DNA from: Nitrospinota bacterium
GTDB taxonomy: Bacteria; Nitrospinota; Nitrospinia; Nitrospinales; VA-1
Assembly: GCA_038108555.1 (NCBI GenBank)
Contig: JAYNIA010000036.1
Coordinates: 1-27,533 of the forward strand
Reading direction: 5' to 3'
Length of the DNA stretch: 27,533 bases
Shown: one piece after another, positions 1-8,118 of the stretch
Layout of the letters: each line of letters opens with the position of its first letter
Numbering within the stretch: position 1 is the first letter of the stretch
Notes under the pieces: generated by a model
What the model saw: the letters and a program-made list of their open reading frames with translations, nothing else
The model's database searches: none
What the model was told of the DNA's origin: nothing
Translations under genes and position numbers: made by a program

Positions 1-506
1 TCCTTCAAGCTCTCTCGTAGCGCTGTTATCGCACGTGAAAAATGGGTTTTTACAGAGCCCTCCGAAACTTCCATTATTTCTGCTGTTTCTTTGACACTGA
101 ACTCTTCCCAGGCGCGTAAAAGAAACGCTTGCTGCTGGCGAAGAGGCAACGCTCCAATGGCAGCATGCATTGCCTCGATTGAATCCGAAGATTCCATAAC
201 CGTTGCGGCGTCTGCTTCTTTTGCGTCCGGTAGGTCCTGGATCGAACTTTCTTCATCACTTTTATTAAAAGGCCAAAATAAGCCAAGGCCTTTTCTTATT
301 TTTGCTTTTCGATGCCAGTCGCGAATTTTATTTTGTAAAATTCTAAAAAACAGGGGACGCCATTCATCGTCGGGTCGGTCGGAGTATTTCCGTACAAACC
401 CAAACATGGCCTCCTGGACTATATCCAGAGCTTCTTCCGAACTGCCTGTTCCAATTTCTGCCATTCGATATGCCTGGCGTTCCACCGATACAAGAAAGCT
501 TTCCAT
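1..506 (-). CDS. ECF (sigma-70 group 4) RNA polymerase sigma factor; 3' end runs off the window
   Basis: Not in the ORF track; translated by hand from ATG at 506: MESFLVSVERQAYRMAEIGTGSSEEALDIVQEAM...FFRILQNKIRDWHRK (region 2) ...LPLRQQQAFLLRAWEEFSVKETAEIMEVSEGSVKTHFSRAITALRESLK (region 4 HTH). An in-frame TGA lies directly upstream of the ATG. Confidence 0.93.
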   Translation of the reverse strand, partial: MESFLVSVERQAYRMAEIGTGSSEEALDIVQEAMFGFVRKYSDRPDDEWRPLFFRILQNKIRDWHRKAKIRKGLGLFWPFNKSDEESSIQDLPDAKEADAATVMESSDSIEAMHAAIGALPLRQQQAFLLRAWEEFSVKETAEIMEVSEGSVKTHFSRAITALRESLK

Positions 507-595
507 TCATTTATTGCCATGCCATCATTCTTTTTTCCATTTCATTATAACTGGGAAAGTAAAATCCTTAACAGAGAAATTAGGATTATGAGTTT

Positions 596-620
596 AAAAA
601 AAGGGTGGTTTTCACCACCC
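596..620 (-). terminator. Rho-independent terminator after the repeat-protein gene
   Basis: Minus strand GGGTGGT-GAAA-ACCACCC followed by T7, 13 nt after the stop codon at 634. Confidence 0.9.
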
Positions 621-633
621 TCTAATTAAATTG

Positions 634-1206
634 TTAGCGTCGTCTTACAGAACGTTTGTGTGCGGCAACACGATTATTACCTCCACTTCGATTCGCCCGG
701 TTTACATTTTGACGGTTGAAGTTTGAGCGATTTCGGTGATTATTTCTTTGAAGCCCTTTATTCCGTTGGGCCTTCCGATTTTGACGACGATCAAACTTTT
801 TGTTTCCTCGGTTCCCGGCGCGGTCCAGTTTCCGGTCGATGCGATTTCCCTTCCGATCCAGTTTCCTGTCAATCGGGTTTCCTTTCCTGTCCAGTTTTTT
901 TTCTATGCGATCCCCTTTTTGATCCAATCGATCTGCAAGTTTTTCTCTTCCATTAGCCCGGGCTCTATCGGCTCTTGCGTCGAGCCTGTCATTGATTCTT
1001 TCCCCTCTATTGTCGAGGCGTTCATTGATTCGATCTCCCTTTCGATCCAGACGTTCGTTTATTCGGTCTCCTTTTTTATCGAGTCGATGTTCAAATCTGT
1101 CTCCACGGTCGAATCCTTCCTGAGTTTCCGTTTCTTGGGCCATGCCCGTGCCAGCTGATAAGGTTCCAATAACTGTGATGATTCCGATTAAAAGTGTTTT
1201 TTTCAT
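634..1206 (-). CDS. Secreted hypothetical protein with 11-residue DRKGDRINERL-type repeats and an R/N-rich tail
   Basis: AAGGAG RBS at 1214-1219; Sec-type signal (MKK + hydrophobic core + GMA/QE); ~9 repeats; terminator downstream. Confidence 0.85.
   Translation of the reverse strand: MKKTLLIGIITVIGTLSAGTGMAQETETQEGFDRGDRFEHRLDKKGDRINERLDRKGDRINERLDNRGERINDRLDARADRARANGREKLADRLDQKGDRIEKKLDRKGNPIDRKLDRKGNRIDRKLDRAGNRGNKKFDRRQNRKAQRNKGLQRNNHRNRSNFNRQNVNRANRSGGNNRVAAHKRSVRRR
790..1110 (-). repeat. Degenerate 33-nt coding tandem repeat
   Basis: DKKGDRINERL / DRKGDRINERL / DNRGERINDRL ... DQKGDRIEKKL / DRKGNPIDRKL / DRKGNRIDRKL / DRAGNRGNKKF. Confidence 0.85.
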
Positions 1207-1255
1207 TTTTGTTCTCCTTTGTTGTGTTCTGAATAAAATGTTGCCTTCTACTCAC

Positions 1256-1285
1256 TACAACGCAGAGGACTCGAATCGGTTGACA
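1256..1285 (-). promoter_or_regulatory. Putative ECF-sigma promoter
   Basis: Minus strand TGTCAAC-N16-CGTTGTA, the typical ECF AAC(-35)/CGT(-10) layout, ~50 nt upstream of the ATG at 1206 and one gene away from an ECF sigma. Confidence 0.7.
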
Positions 1286-1401
1286 GACCAGCTAAAAAAA
1301 TTTGAAAAAAAGTTGGTAAAATTGTAATTAACTATAAATAAGGGGGTTTTAAGTGGATGGGGTGAAAAAAAAGAAGCTGAATAATTAGTGAGAGGTGAGA
1401 A

Positions 1402-1977
1402 ATGTTGAACAGGTTTTTCAATCGTGAATTCATTAATTTAAAATTTCCTGAAATGAACTCCACGCGTAATTTAGCAAATACCAATTTGGACTCTGGGATT
1501 TGGGAAAAAATAAGGTTCTATTTGAAAGACACGGGAAGGAGACATCCGGCTTTAAAGAACCAGTCTATCCCAGCTATTTTGAAATATAAAACCCTGCAGA
1601 TAATCACGTCTCCCTTTATTTATCTTTGTTTTATTCCCACTATAACAATGGATCTGGTGGTGACCCTTTATCAGAGGGTCTGCTTCCCTTTATACGGAAT
1701 CCCTCTTGTGAAGAGAAAAGATTATGTTGTGCTGGATCGTCATAAATTAAAATATCTGAATTTGGCCAAAAAGTTTAATTGTGTTTATTGTGGATATTTT
1801 ACCGGGGTGATTTCCTACGCTCAGGAAATCGCAGGTCGAACCGAACAATACTGGTGTCCGATCAAGCACGCGGCAAAATTGAAAAGTTCCCATAAGCGCT
1901 ATTCCAGCTTTATGGAGTATGGAGATGCAAGGGCGTATCAGGAAAATTTTGTAAAAATTCGAGTGTTTAAAGAATGA
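1402..1977 (+). CDS. Conserved hypothetical membrane protein with CxYC and RTEQYWCPIKHA motifs
   Basis: 191-aa ORF with GAGGTG RBS, one hydrophobic segment, motifs NCVYCGY and QYWCPIKHA; function unknown. Confidence 0.75.
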   Translation: MLNRFFNREFINLKFPEMNSTRNLANTNLDSGIWEKIRFYLKDTGRRHPALKNQSIPAILKYKTLQIITSPFIYLCFIPTITMDLVVTLYQRVCFPLYGIPLVKRKDYVVLDRHKLKYLNLAKKFNCVYCGYFTGVISYAQEIAGRTEQYWCPIKHAAKLKSSHKRYSSFMEYGDARAYQENFVKIRVFKE

Positions 1978-2021
1978 ACGAAAGAAGAGAGGTTTACTTT
2001 TTTCAAACTTCCAGAGCGGAT

Positions 2022-2213
2022 TCAATTTTTTGAATTGGCCTGAAAATCTTTAAGTAGTTCTTGTTCTCCGTCTGAATAAAATCCCATAATAATTAATTTA
2101 GGATCATGTTTGGCGACTTGGACAACACGGTTGTTTTCTGCGATGGACAGTTTGATAACTTATTCAGTTGGAAAAGAGGGGGCAACTGCGGGAGAAGGAT
2201 CTGAGTTAGCCAT
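2022..2213 (-). pseudogene. Possible gene remnant downstream of lpdA with an internal TAA
   Basis: ATG at 2213, 16 nt after the lpdA stop: MANSDPSPAVAPSFPTE*VIKLSIAENNRVVQVAKHDPKLIIMGFYSDGEQELLKDFQANSKN*; TAA at 2160-2162. Protein-like composition, but no family recognised. Confidence 0.35.
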
Positions 2214-2229
2214 TAATATTTCTTATAAT

Positions 2230-3618
2230 TTAATTTCTTTTTCTTTTGTAGATATGAGTTGCCGTTCCATAAAACACTTCTGCTGCTTCCATGAGTGTCT
2301 CAGACAGAGTGGGATGGGGATGGATTGACAAGGCCAGATCTTTCGCTTTTGCTCCCGTTTCGATAGCCAAAACCCCCTCGGCAATCAATTCGCCCGCACC
2401 GGGACCCGCCAAACCGACTCCAATAATTTTCTCAGAGTCCGGATCAATTACCAACTTGGTCAAGCCATCTCCCCGCCCCAAGGTTTGTATTCTCCCCGAT
2501 GCCTGCCAGGGGAACTTTGCAATCGCTATTTTTTTACCTTGTTTTTCCGCTTCCAATTCTGTCATTCCGGCCCAGGCTATTTCAGGGTCTGTGAAAACCA
2601 CTGCTGGAATAACCCGGTGTTTGAAATCCGAGGATTCTCCCATTAAAACTTCCACAGCGACCTTGGCTTCGTGAGCCGCTTTATGGGCAAGCATTGCACC
2701 TCCAACGACATCGCCAATGGCAGATATGGAAGGGTCTGCTGTTTTTTGTTGTGAATCGGCAATGACGAAACCTCGATCATCAAGGGTTACTTGAGTGTTC
2801 TCGAGTCCCAGGTTTTCGGTATTGGGTTTTCGACCAATGGATACCAATATCTGGTCATATGTTTTCTCAAGGTTCCCCGATTCGTTTTCCAGTGTTACTG
2901 AAACTTCCGAGCCGTTGTCTTTTAAATTAGTGACTTTGGTCTTTAAAAGAATTTCTTCAAATTGATTTTTTATGGTTTTTTGAAGGGGTCTTACCAAATC
3001 ACGATCAACTTCCGATAAGATGCCTTCCATCATTTCTACAATTGTGACTTTACTGCCGACGGATGCATAAACACTTCCCATTTCCAGACCGATATAACCA
3101 CCTCCGATAACCAGCAAGCGGTTTGGAATATTTTTGATTTCTAAAGCTCCTGACGAGTCGATTACCTTAGGACCCGCTTCAAAGGGCTGCGTAGGTCTCG
3201 ATCCGGTTGCCAGAATGCAATGGTCGAAACCGTAGGGTTTTCCATCTACTTCGATGGCATTCGAATTTTTGAAAACCCCTTGGCCGGAAACAAAATCCAC
3301 CTTCCGTTGTTTGCAGAGTTGGGTGAGTCCTGTTGCCATTTTGTCTATAACCTGGTTTTTCCATTTGCGAACACCCTCCAAGTCGATTTTGGGTTCCCCA
3401 AACTCAATTCCCCAGGACTTAGCTTCTTTGGTTTCATTGATGAGGTGGGCTATATGGAGAAGCGCTTTTGAAGGAATACAACCTCGGTGCAAACAGACTC
3501 CACCTGGTTTTTTACCCGCATCAATCAGGGTAACGTTCATCCCTTTGTCCGCCGCAAGAAAAGCGGCTGCATAGCCTCCTGGCCCTCCACCCAACACTAC
3601 AATTTTTTTATCGCCCAT
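2230..3618 (-). CDS. lpdA: Dihydrolipoyl dehydrogenase (E3)
   Basis: GGGPGGY FAD motif, GGVCLHRGCIPSK redox disulfide, GGGYIGLE NAD motif, C-terminal HPHPTLSE. Confidence 0.96.
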   Translation of the reverse strand: MGDKKIVVLGGGPGGYAAAFLAADKGMNVTLIDAGKKPGGVCLHRGCIPSKALLHIAHLINETKEAKSWGIEFGEPKIDLEGVRKWKNQVIDKMATGLTQLCKQRKVDFVSGQGVFKNSNAIEVDGKPYGFDHCILATGSRPTQPFEAGPKVIDSSGALEIKNIPNRLLVIGGGYIGLEMGSVYASVGSKVTIVEMMEGILSEVDRDLVRPLQKTIKNQFEEILLKTKVTNLKDNGSEVSVTLENESGNLEKTYDQILVSIGRKPNTENLGLENTQVTLDDRGFVIADSQQKTADPSISAIGDVVGGAMLAHKAAHEAKVAVEVLMGESSDFKHRVIPAVVFTDPEIAWAGMTELEAEKQGKKIAIAKFPWQASGRIQTLGRGDGLTKLVIDPDSEKIIGVGLAGPGAGELIAEGVLAIETGAKAKDLALSIHPHPTLSETLMEAAEVFYGTATHIYKRKRN

Positions 3619-3864
3619 GTTTTTAATTCCAATTTAAAATGAACTGTAGTTTATAGAGATTTGAAAGAATTTTCAGAAAAAATTTACTGGCCCAAAATGC
3701 ATGTTTTTAATGGGTTTTATAGCCCATGAAAAATAGTAAATCGGTTTACAATGAGTTTAAAATTATTTATCATTTCAAGTGTTTAAAGAATTGAGTGCTA
3801 CTTCTTTCTTTCCCTGTCTCCAGTCTTCAGCCGGGAAAATTTATCCTCATTAGCTGATTACTTC

Positions 3865-5457
3865 ATGCAAAATCGTCATAACTATCAAGGGGTGTATCTT
3901 ACAGGCTTGGCAGTCCTTTTTTTTGCTTTGACAGTTTGGATTCGGTTCAGACTTTCAAGTGTGCCTCTTGAGCGTGACGAAGGGGAGTATGCCTATATGG
4001 CCCAGCAGTTACTTCAAGGGATACTCCCATATTCCGAAACCCAGAGTATGAAGTTTCCGGGTATCTATTTTGTGTATGCAGGAATCCTTACCCTTTTCGG
4101 TGAAAGTCCTTCGGCAATTCATTTGTCCCTGATTTTATTTAATTTGGCTACGGCATTTATTCTGTTTCTTTTGGGCAGACATTTGTTGAACCTGACGGCA
4201 GGTGTTTTTGCTGCGGTTAGTTTTTCGGTTTTGACCTTGAGTCCGGAAGTTCAAGGACTCTGGGCAAATTCGGAACATTTTGTGCTTCTTCCCGCCCTTG
4301 CTGGTATTCTTTTGTTATTGGTTATGAAAGGTGGACCTGCGAAATTCTTTCTCAGTGGAATTTTATTGGGAAGTTCCCTTCTGATTAAGCAGCACGCCGT
4401 ATTTTATTGCTTGTTTGGTGCCTTTTATATGGGATTTCGATTTTTATCCAGAACCCAATCCCTTAAAATTCGAGATATAACTTTATTTGCAGTTGGAGGG
4501 ATTATTCCACTCCTGCTTACATTAATTTTGTATAGCTTAAGCGGACATATGGCACAGTTTTGGTTTTCCACGGTTCAATATGCTTCCGAATATGTTTCAT
4601 TGACATCCTTCAGGGAGGGCTACGAAAACTTCAAATATAGTTTTGCCCGCATTCTGGAATACAACTTTTCCATTTTATGGTTGGCTTTGATAGGGCTTGC
4701 ATCCATTGCCTGGGTGAAGGATAAAAAGGAAAGATTTGTTTTTTTATTCTCCTTCTTCATATTTTTATTTCTGGCTATTACTCCAGGATTCTATTTCAGG
4801 CCGCATTATTTTTTATTATGGATACCGGCTCTTTGCCTTTTGGCTGGGGCGGGGGTGGAGAGCCTAGTCTATGGTTTATCATCCCCGAAGATCAAAAACT
4901 TTACCCGGACAGTAGTGATTTTTGTGGCCCTGGCTATCCCTTTTCTTCTGCAAAAAGATATCTTTTTTAATATGACGCCATTTCAGGTGACGCGAATGGT
5001 TTATGGTTTGAATCCTTTTGCAGAGTCTCTGCAAGTTGCAAGCTATATTCGAGAACATTCTAGCGAGAACCAAAAGGTTGCCGTGTTGGGATCAGAAGCG
5101 CAAATTTATTTTTTTTCAAACAGGAAATCCGCCACCCGGCATATTTATATGTATCCCCTCATGGAACGCCATGTCTATGCCCGGGGGATGAGGTCAGAAT
5201 TGGTTCGGGAAATTGAAACAAACCAGCCGGAATTCGTAGTTATAGCCAATCTTGGAGGTTCCTGGGTTTCTCAACGGCCTTATATCCCCCCGACACTTAA
5301 TGATTGGTCTCAAGTTTATCTTAAACATAATTATGAAATCCGAGGCGTAGTGGATATTCGTGCGGGACAGAAAAGTGTTTTTAAATGGGATGAAGAGGCC
5401 AAAAGCTACAATCCAAAATCTCGTTATCATTTGCTAATTTACAAGAGACGGTCGTGA
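3865..5457 (+). CDS. GT-C superfamily polyprenyl-phosphate-sugar glycosyltransferase (ArnT/PMT-like)
   Basis: ERDEGEY acidic motif after TM1, 11 or more hydrophobic helices, conserved xKQ and HYF motifs, soluble C-terminal domain. Confidence 0.82.
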   Translation: MQNRHNYQGVYLTGLAVLFFALTVWIRFRLSSVPLERDEGEYAYMAQQLLQGILPYSETQSMKFPGIYFVYAGILTLFGESPSAIHLSLILFNLATAFILFLLGRHLLNLTAGVFAAVSFSVLTLSPEVQGLWANSEHFVLLPALAGILLLLVMKGGPAKFFLSGILLGSSLLIKQHAVFYCLFGAFYMGFRFLSRTQSLKIRDITLFAVGGIIPLLLTLILYSLSGHMAQFWFSTVQYASEYVSLTSFREGYENFKYSFARILEYNFSILWLALIGLASIAWVKDKKERFVFLFSFFIFLFLAITPGFYFRPHYFLLWIPALCLLAGAGVESLVYGLSSPKIKNFTRTVVIFVALAIPFLLQKDIFFNMTPFQVTRMVYGLNPFAESLQVASYIREHSSENQKVAVLGSEAQIYFFSNRKSATRHIYMYPLMERHVYARGMRSELVREIETNQPEFVVIANLGGSWVSQRPYIPPTLNDWSQVYLKHNYEIRGVVDIRAGQKSVFKWDEEAKSYNPKSRYHLLIYKRRS

Positions 5458-6113
5458 TCATTAAAGATTTACGAATAATTATCGGCTTCCTGTTTGTGGG
5501 TATGGTTACCTGGTGGGGAATATCGGTGGTTCAGGATGAACGTCAACATACCCAATCTGTTTCTTTTAATGAGCGCGGAAATATTCTTAGTGGAGTTGGT
5601 AGATATGATGCCGCCATTGAAAACTATCAAAGAGCCCTTTCCATTAAACCAGATTATGCGGATGCATATAACAACCTCGGCAATGCCCTCAGGCAAAAAG
5701 GCCAGTTGCAGGAATCAGCTGCTAATTATAAGGAGGCAATTCATCTAAACCCTAACCTGGCAGATGCCTATGGTAATTTTGGGATTGTATTGACCGAGTT
5801 GGGAAAGTTTAATAAAGCTATCGAACGATATAGATTTGCTCTTTCGCTTAACCCGGAGTTGTATCAGGTGCATAACAGCCTTGCTATTCTATTGAGCCAG
5901 GGAGGAGATATTGATGGGGCGATTCGCCATTATCAACAGGCAATCGAACTTTATCCGGGGTTCGGTAAAGCCCATAACAATCTTGGTAGTACTCTGGCAG
6001 GCCAGGGGAAATTTAAAGAAGCCATCAATTATTTTGAGAAGGCCATTCAAATTGAACCGGGTTATGTCGATGCAAAAAACAATCTGGAGCTTGCCCGCTC
6101 ACTTTTAAAATGA
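5454..6113 (+). CDS. Membrane-anchored TPR protein
   Basis: N-terminal TM helix then ~5 TPRs (AYNNLGNAL, AHNNLGSTL); GTGA start/stop overlap with the upstream gene. Confidence 0.9.
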   Translation: MIIKDLRIIIGFLFVGMVTWWGISVVQDERQHTQSVSFNERGNILSGVGRYDAAIENYQRALSIKPDYADAYNNLGNALRQKGQLQESAANYKEAIHLNPNLADAYGNFGIVLTELGKFNKAIERYRFALSLNPELYQVHNSLAILLSQGGDIDGAIRHYQQAIELYPGFGKAHNNLGSTLAGQGKFKEAINYFEKAIQIEPGYVDAKNNLELARSLLK

Positions 6114-8044
6114 ATAACAATCTGAAATCCTTTGACCGATCATTTGCAATCGGATTGTGTTTAACGGTAATAACATTTTTGGCTTATATCCAGGTTCTGG
6201 GTTATGGATTTCTGAACTTTGATGACAACAAATATGTCACCGAAAACCCACACATCACTGATGGACTGAACCCGGAGGATATTGTCTGGGCCTTTACAGA
6301 ATTTTATGCTTCGAACTGGCACCCCCTGACCTGGTTGTCCCATATGCTCGATTTCGAAGTTTATGGGCTGGATCCTTTCGGTCACCACCTCACAAACCTG
6401 ATTCTTCACATCATCAATGTCCTCTTGTTGTTTTTGGTTTTGAAAAAAATGACAGGTGCTTTCTGGAGGAGCGCTTTTGTGTCCATTTTATTTGCTCTTC
6501 ATCCCCTTAATGTTGAGTCGGTCGCCTGGATAGCGGAGCGTAAGAATGTTCTTTGTGGATTTTTCTTTTTCCTGACTTTATGGTTTTACACCCGGTATTC
6601 AGAAAATAAAAAGTTTTATGTTTGGGTGTTATTGTTATTTGCTCTAGGTCTCCTGGCGAAACCGATGCTGGTGACCTTGCCCTTCTTGATGATTCTACTG
6701 GATTATTGGCCTCTAAAACGTATGCGTTTATTGAAAACCTCCTCGAGTTCAGAAAAGATTGATACGGATTCATCGGGAAAACTATTAATAGAGAAGATTC
6801 CACTTTTCGTTTTAGTGATTGCCTCATGCATCATTACCTACAGTGCACAAAGGGGAGGGGATGCGGTTCGCTCCACAGAATTTCGTTCGTTTTATTCCAG
6901 TGCAGCAAATGCCTTGATTTCATATGTGGAGTATTTGCAAAATATGATATGGCCGCGTGGACTGTCGGTATTTTATCCCCACTCAGGAGAGGCGGTGTTA
7001 GGATCAAAAGCCCTGATATGTGGGTTGGTTCTGGTTGCTTTTACCTTCACAGCCATCCGCAATATTCAAAGAGCACCTTATCTGGCGGTAGGGTGGTTCT
7101 GGTATTTGGGCATGCTTGTGCCTGTTATCGGACTGGTGCAGGTGGGGGAGCAGTCCATGGCCGACCGGTATACCTACCTGCCCATGATTGGAATTTTTAT
7201 TTGTATTGCTTGGGGAATCCCGGATTTACTGGGAGATAGAAAACAAAAACTCCTGCCTTTACTTGGTGGAATTTTAATCACTTTCCTTCTTGCCTCCACC
7301 TGGACACAGATAAAATACTGGGAAAACAGCATTACCCTTTTTGAGCGTGCAATCGAAGTGAATAAAACCGAAGCCCCGAGTTTTGTAGTGGCCTATAACA
7401 ATCTGGGGCATGCATTGCTCGGTGAGAATCGGTTGGAAGAAGCTGTTGTTAAATTTCAGCGAGCTATTGAAATTAACCCTAATTACTCCAAACCCCAAAA
7501 TAATCTCGGGAATACCTTTAGTGAATTAAAAAGATACGAAGAGGCTATAAAACACTATCGACAAGCCATCATAATTGAACCTGATTATGCAGAAGCCTTT
7601 AACAACCTGGGCAATGCGTTAATAGAAGTAGGTCAGATCGAAGAATCCATTAAAAATTACAGAGAAGCGATTCGTCTTGAGGAAGAATACAGTGTAGCGC
7701 ATTTTAATCTGGGGATCGCACTCAGCCAGTCCGGGGATATCAAGGAAGCAATCATAGAATATCGGAAGGCGTTAAAATTAGACCCCGGTTTTGTAATGGC
7801 ACACAACAACCTTGCGGGATTGTTATCTCAATTCGGAGATATTCAGGGCGCTGTCCGACATTATCAAAAAGCCATTGCCCTTGATCCCAATTTTGCTAAA
7901 GCTCATAACAACCTGGGCAGCACCCTGGCCCAGCAAGGTCAATTGAAGGAAGCAATTCCTTATTTTGAAAAAGCCGTGAGCATTGATCCTGGCTATATCG
8001 ATGCCCGAAAAAACCTCGAGCTTGCACGATCCATGGTTCGATAA
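6110..8044 (+). CDS. TMTC-like membrane glycosyltransferase with C-terminal TPRs
   Basis: NFDD motif after TM1, WHPLTWLSH, HPLNVESVAWIAERK, ADRYTYLP, then ~6 TPRs; ATGA overlap with the upstream gene. Confidence 0.85.
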   Translation: MNNNLKSFDRSFAIGLCLTVITFLAYIQVLGYGFLNFDDNKYVTENPHITDGLNPEDIVWAFTEFYASNWHPLTWLSHMLDFEVYGLDPFGHHLTNLILHIINVLLLFLVLKKMTGAFWRSAFVSILFALHPLNVESVAWIAERKNVLCGFFFFLTLWFYTRYSENKKFYVWVLLLFALGLLAKPMLVTLPFLMILLDYWPLKRMRLLKTSSSSEKIDTDSSGKLLIEKIPLFVLVIASCIITYSAQRGGDAVRSTEFRSFYSSAANALISYVEYLQNMIWPRGLSVFYPHSGEAVLGSKALICGLVLVAFTFTAIRNIQRAPYLAVGWFWYLGMLVPVIGLVQVGEQSMADRYTYLPMIGIFICIAWGIPDLLGDRKQKLLPLLGGILITFLLASTWTQIKYWENSITLFERAIEVNKTEAPSFVVAYNNLGHALLGENRLEEAVVKFQRAIEINPNYSKPQNNLGNTFSELKRYEEAIKHYRQAIIIEPDYAEAFNNLGNALIEVGQIEESIKNYREAIRLEEEYSVAHFNLGIALSQSGDIKEAIIEYRKALKLDPGFVMAHNNLAGLLSQFGDIQGAVRHYQKAIALDPNFAKAHNNLGSTLAQQGQLKEAIPYFEKAVSIDPGYIDARKNLELARSMVR

Positions 8045-8118
8045 AGATTTCCCGTACAGATTAAGAATGCAAGAACACCTTGATTTGAAATTAGATGGGG
8101 TTTTGAAATCTATGGGTT

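Noticed and set aside
790..1110. CRISPR-like periodicity (33 nt)
   Set aside because: Degenerate in-frame coding repeats with no unique spacers and no cas genes.
3616..3727. 12-bp direct repeat CATGTTTTTAAT (3616, 3700) giving a 9-codon uORF before lpdA, plus a small ATGGG/CCCAT hairpin
   Set aside because: Short and AT-rich with no RBS; plausible by chance.
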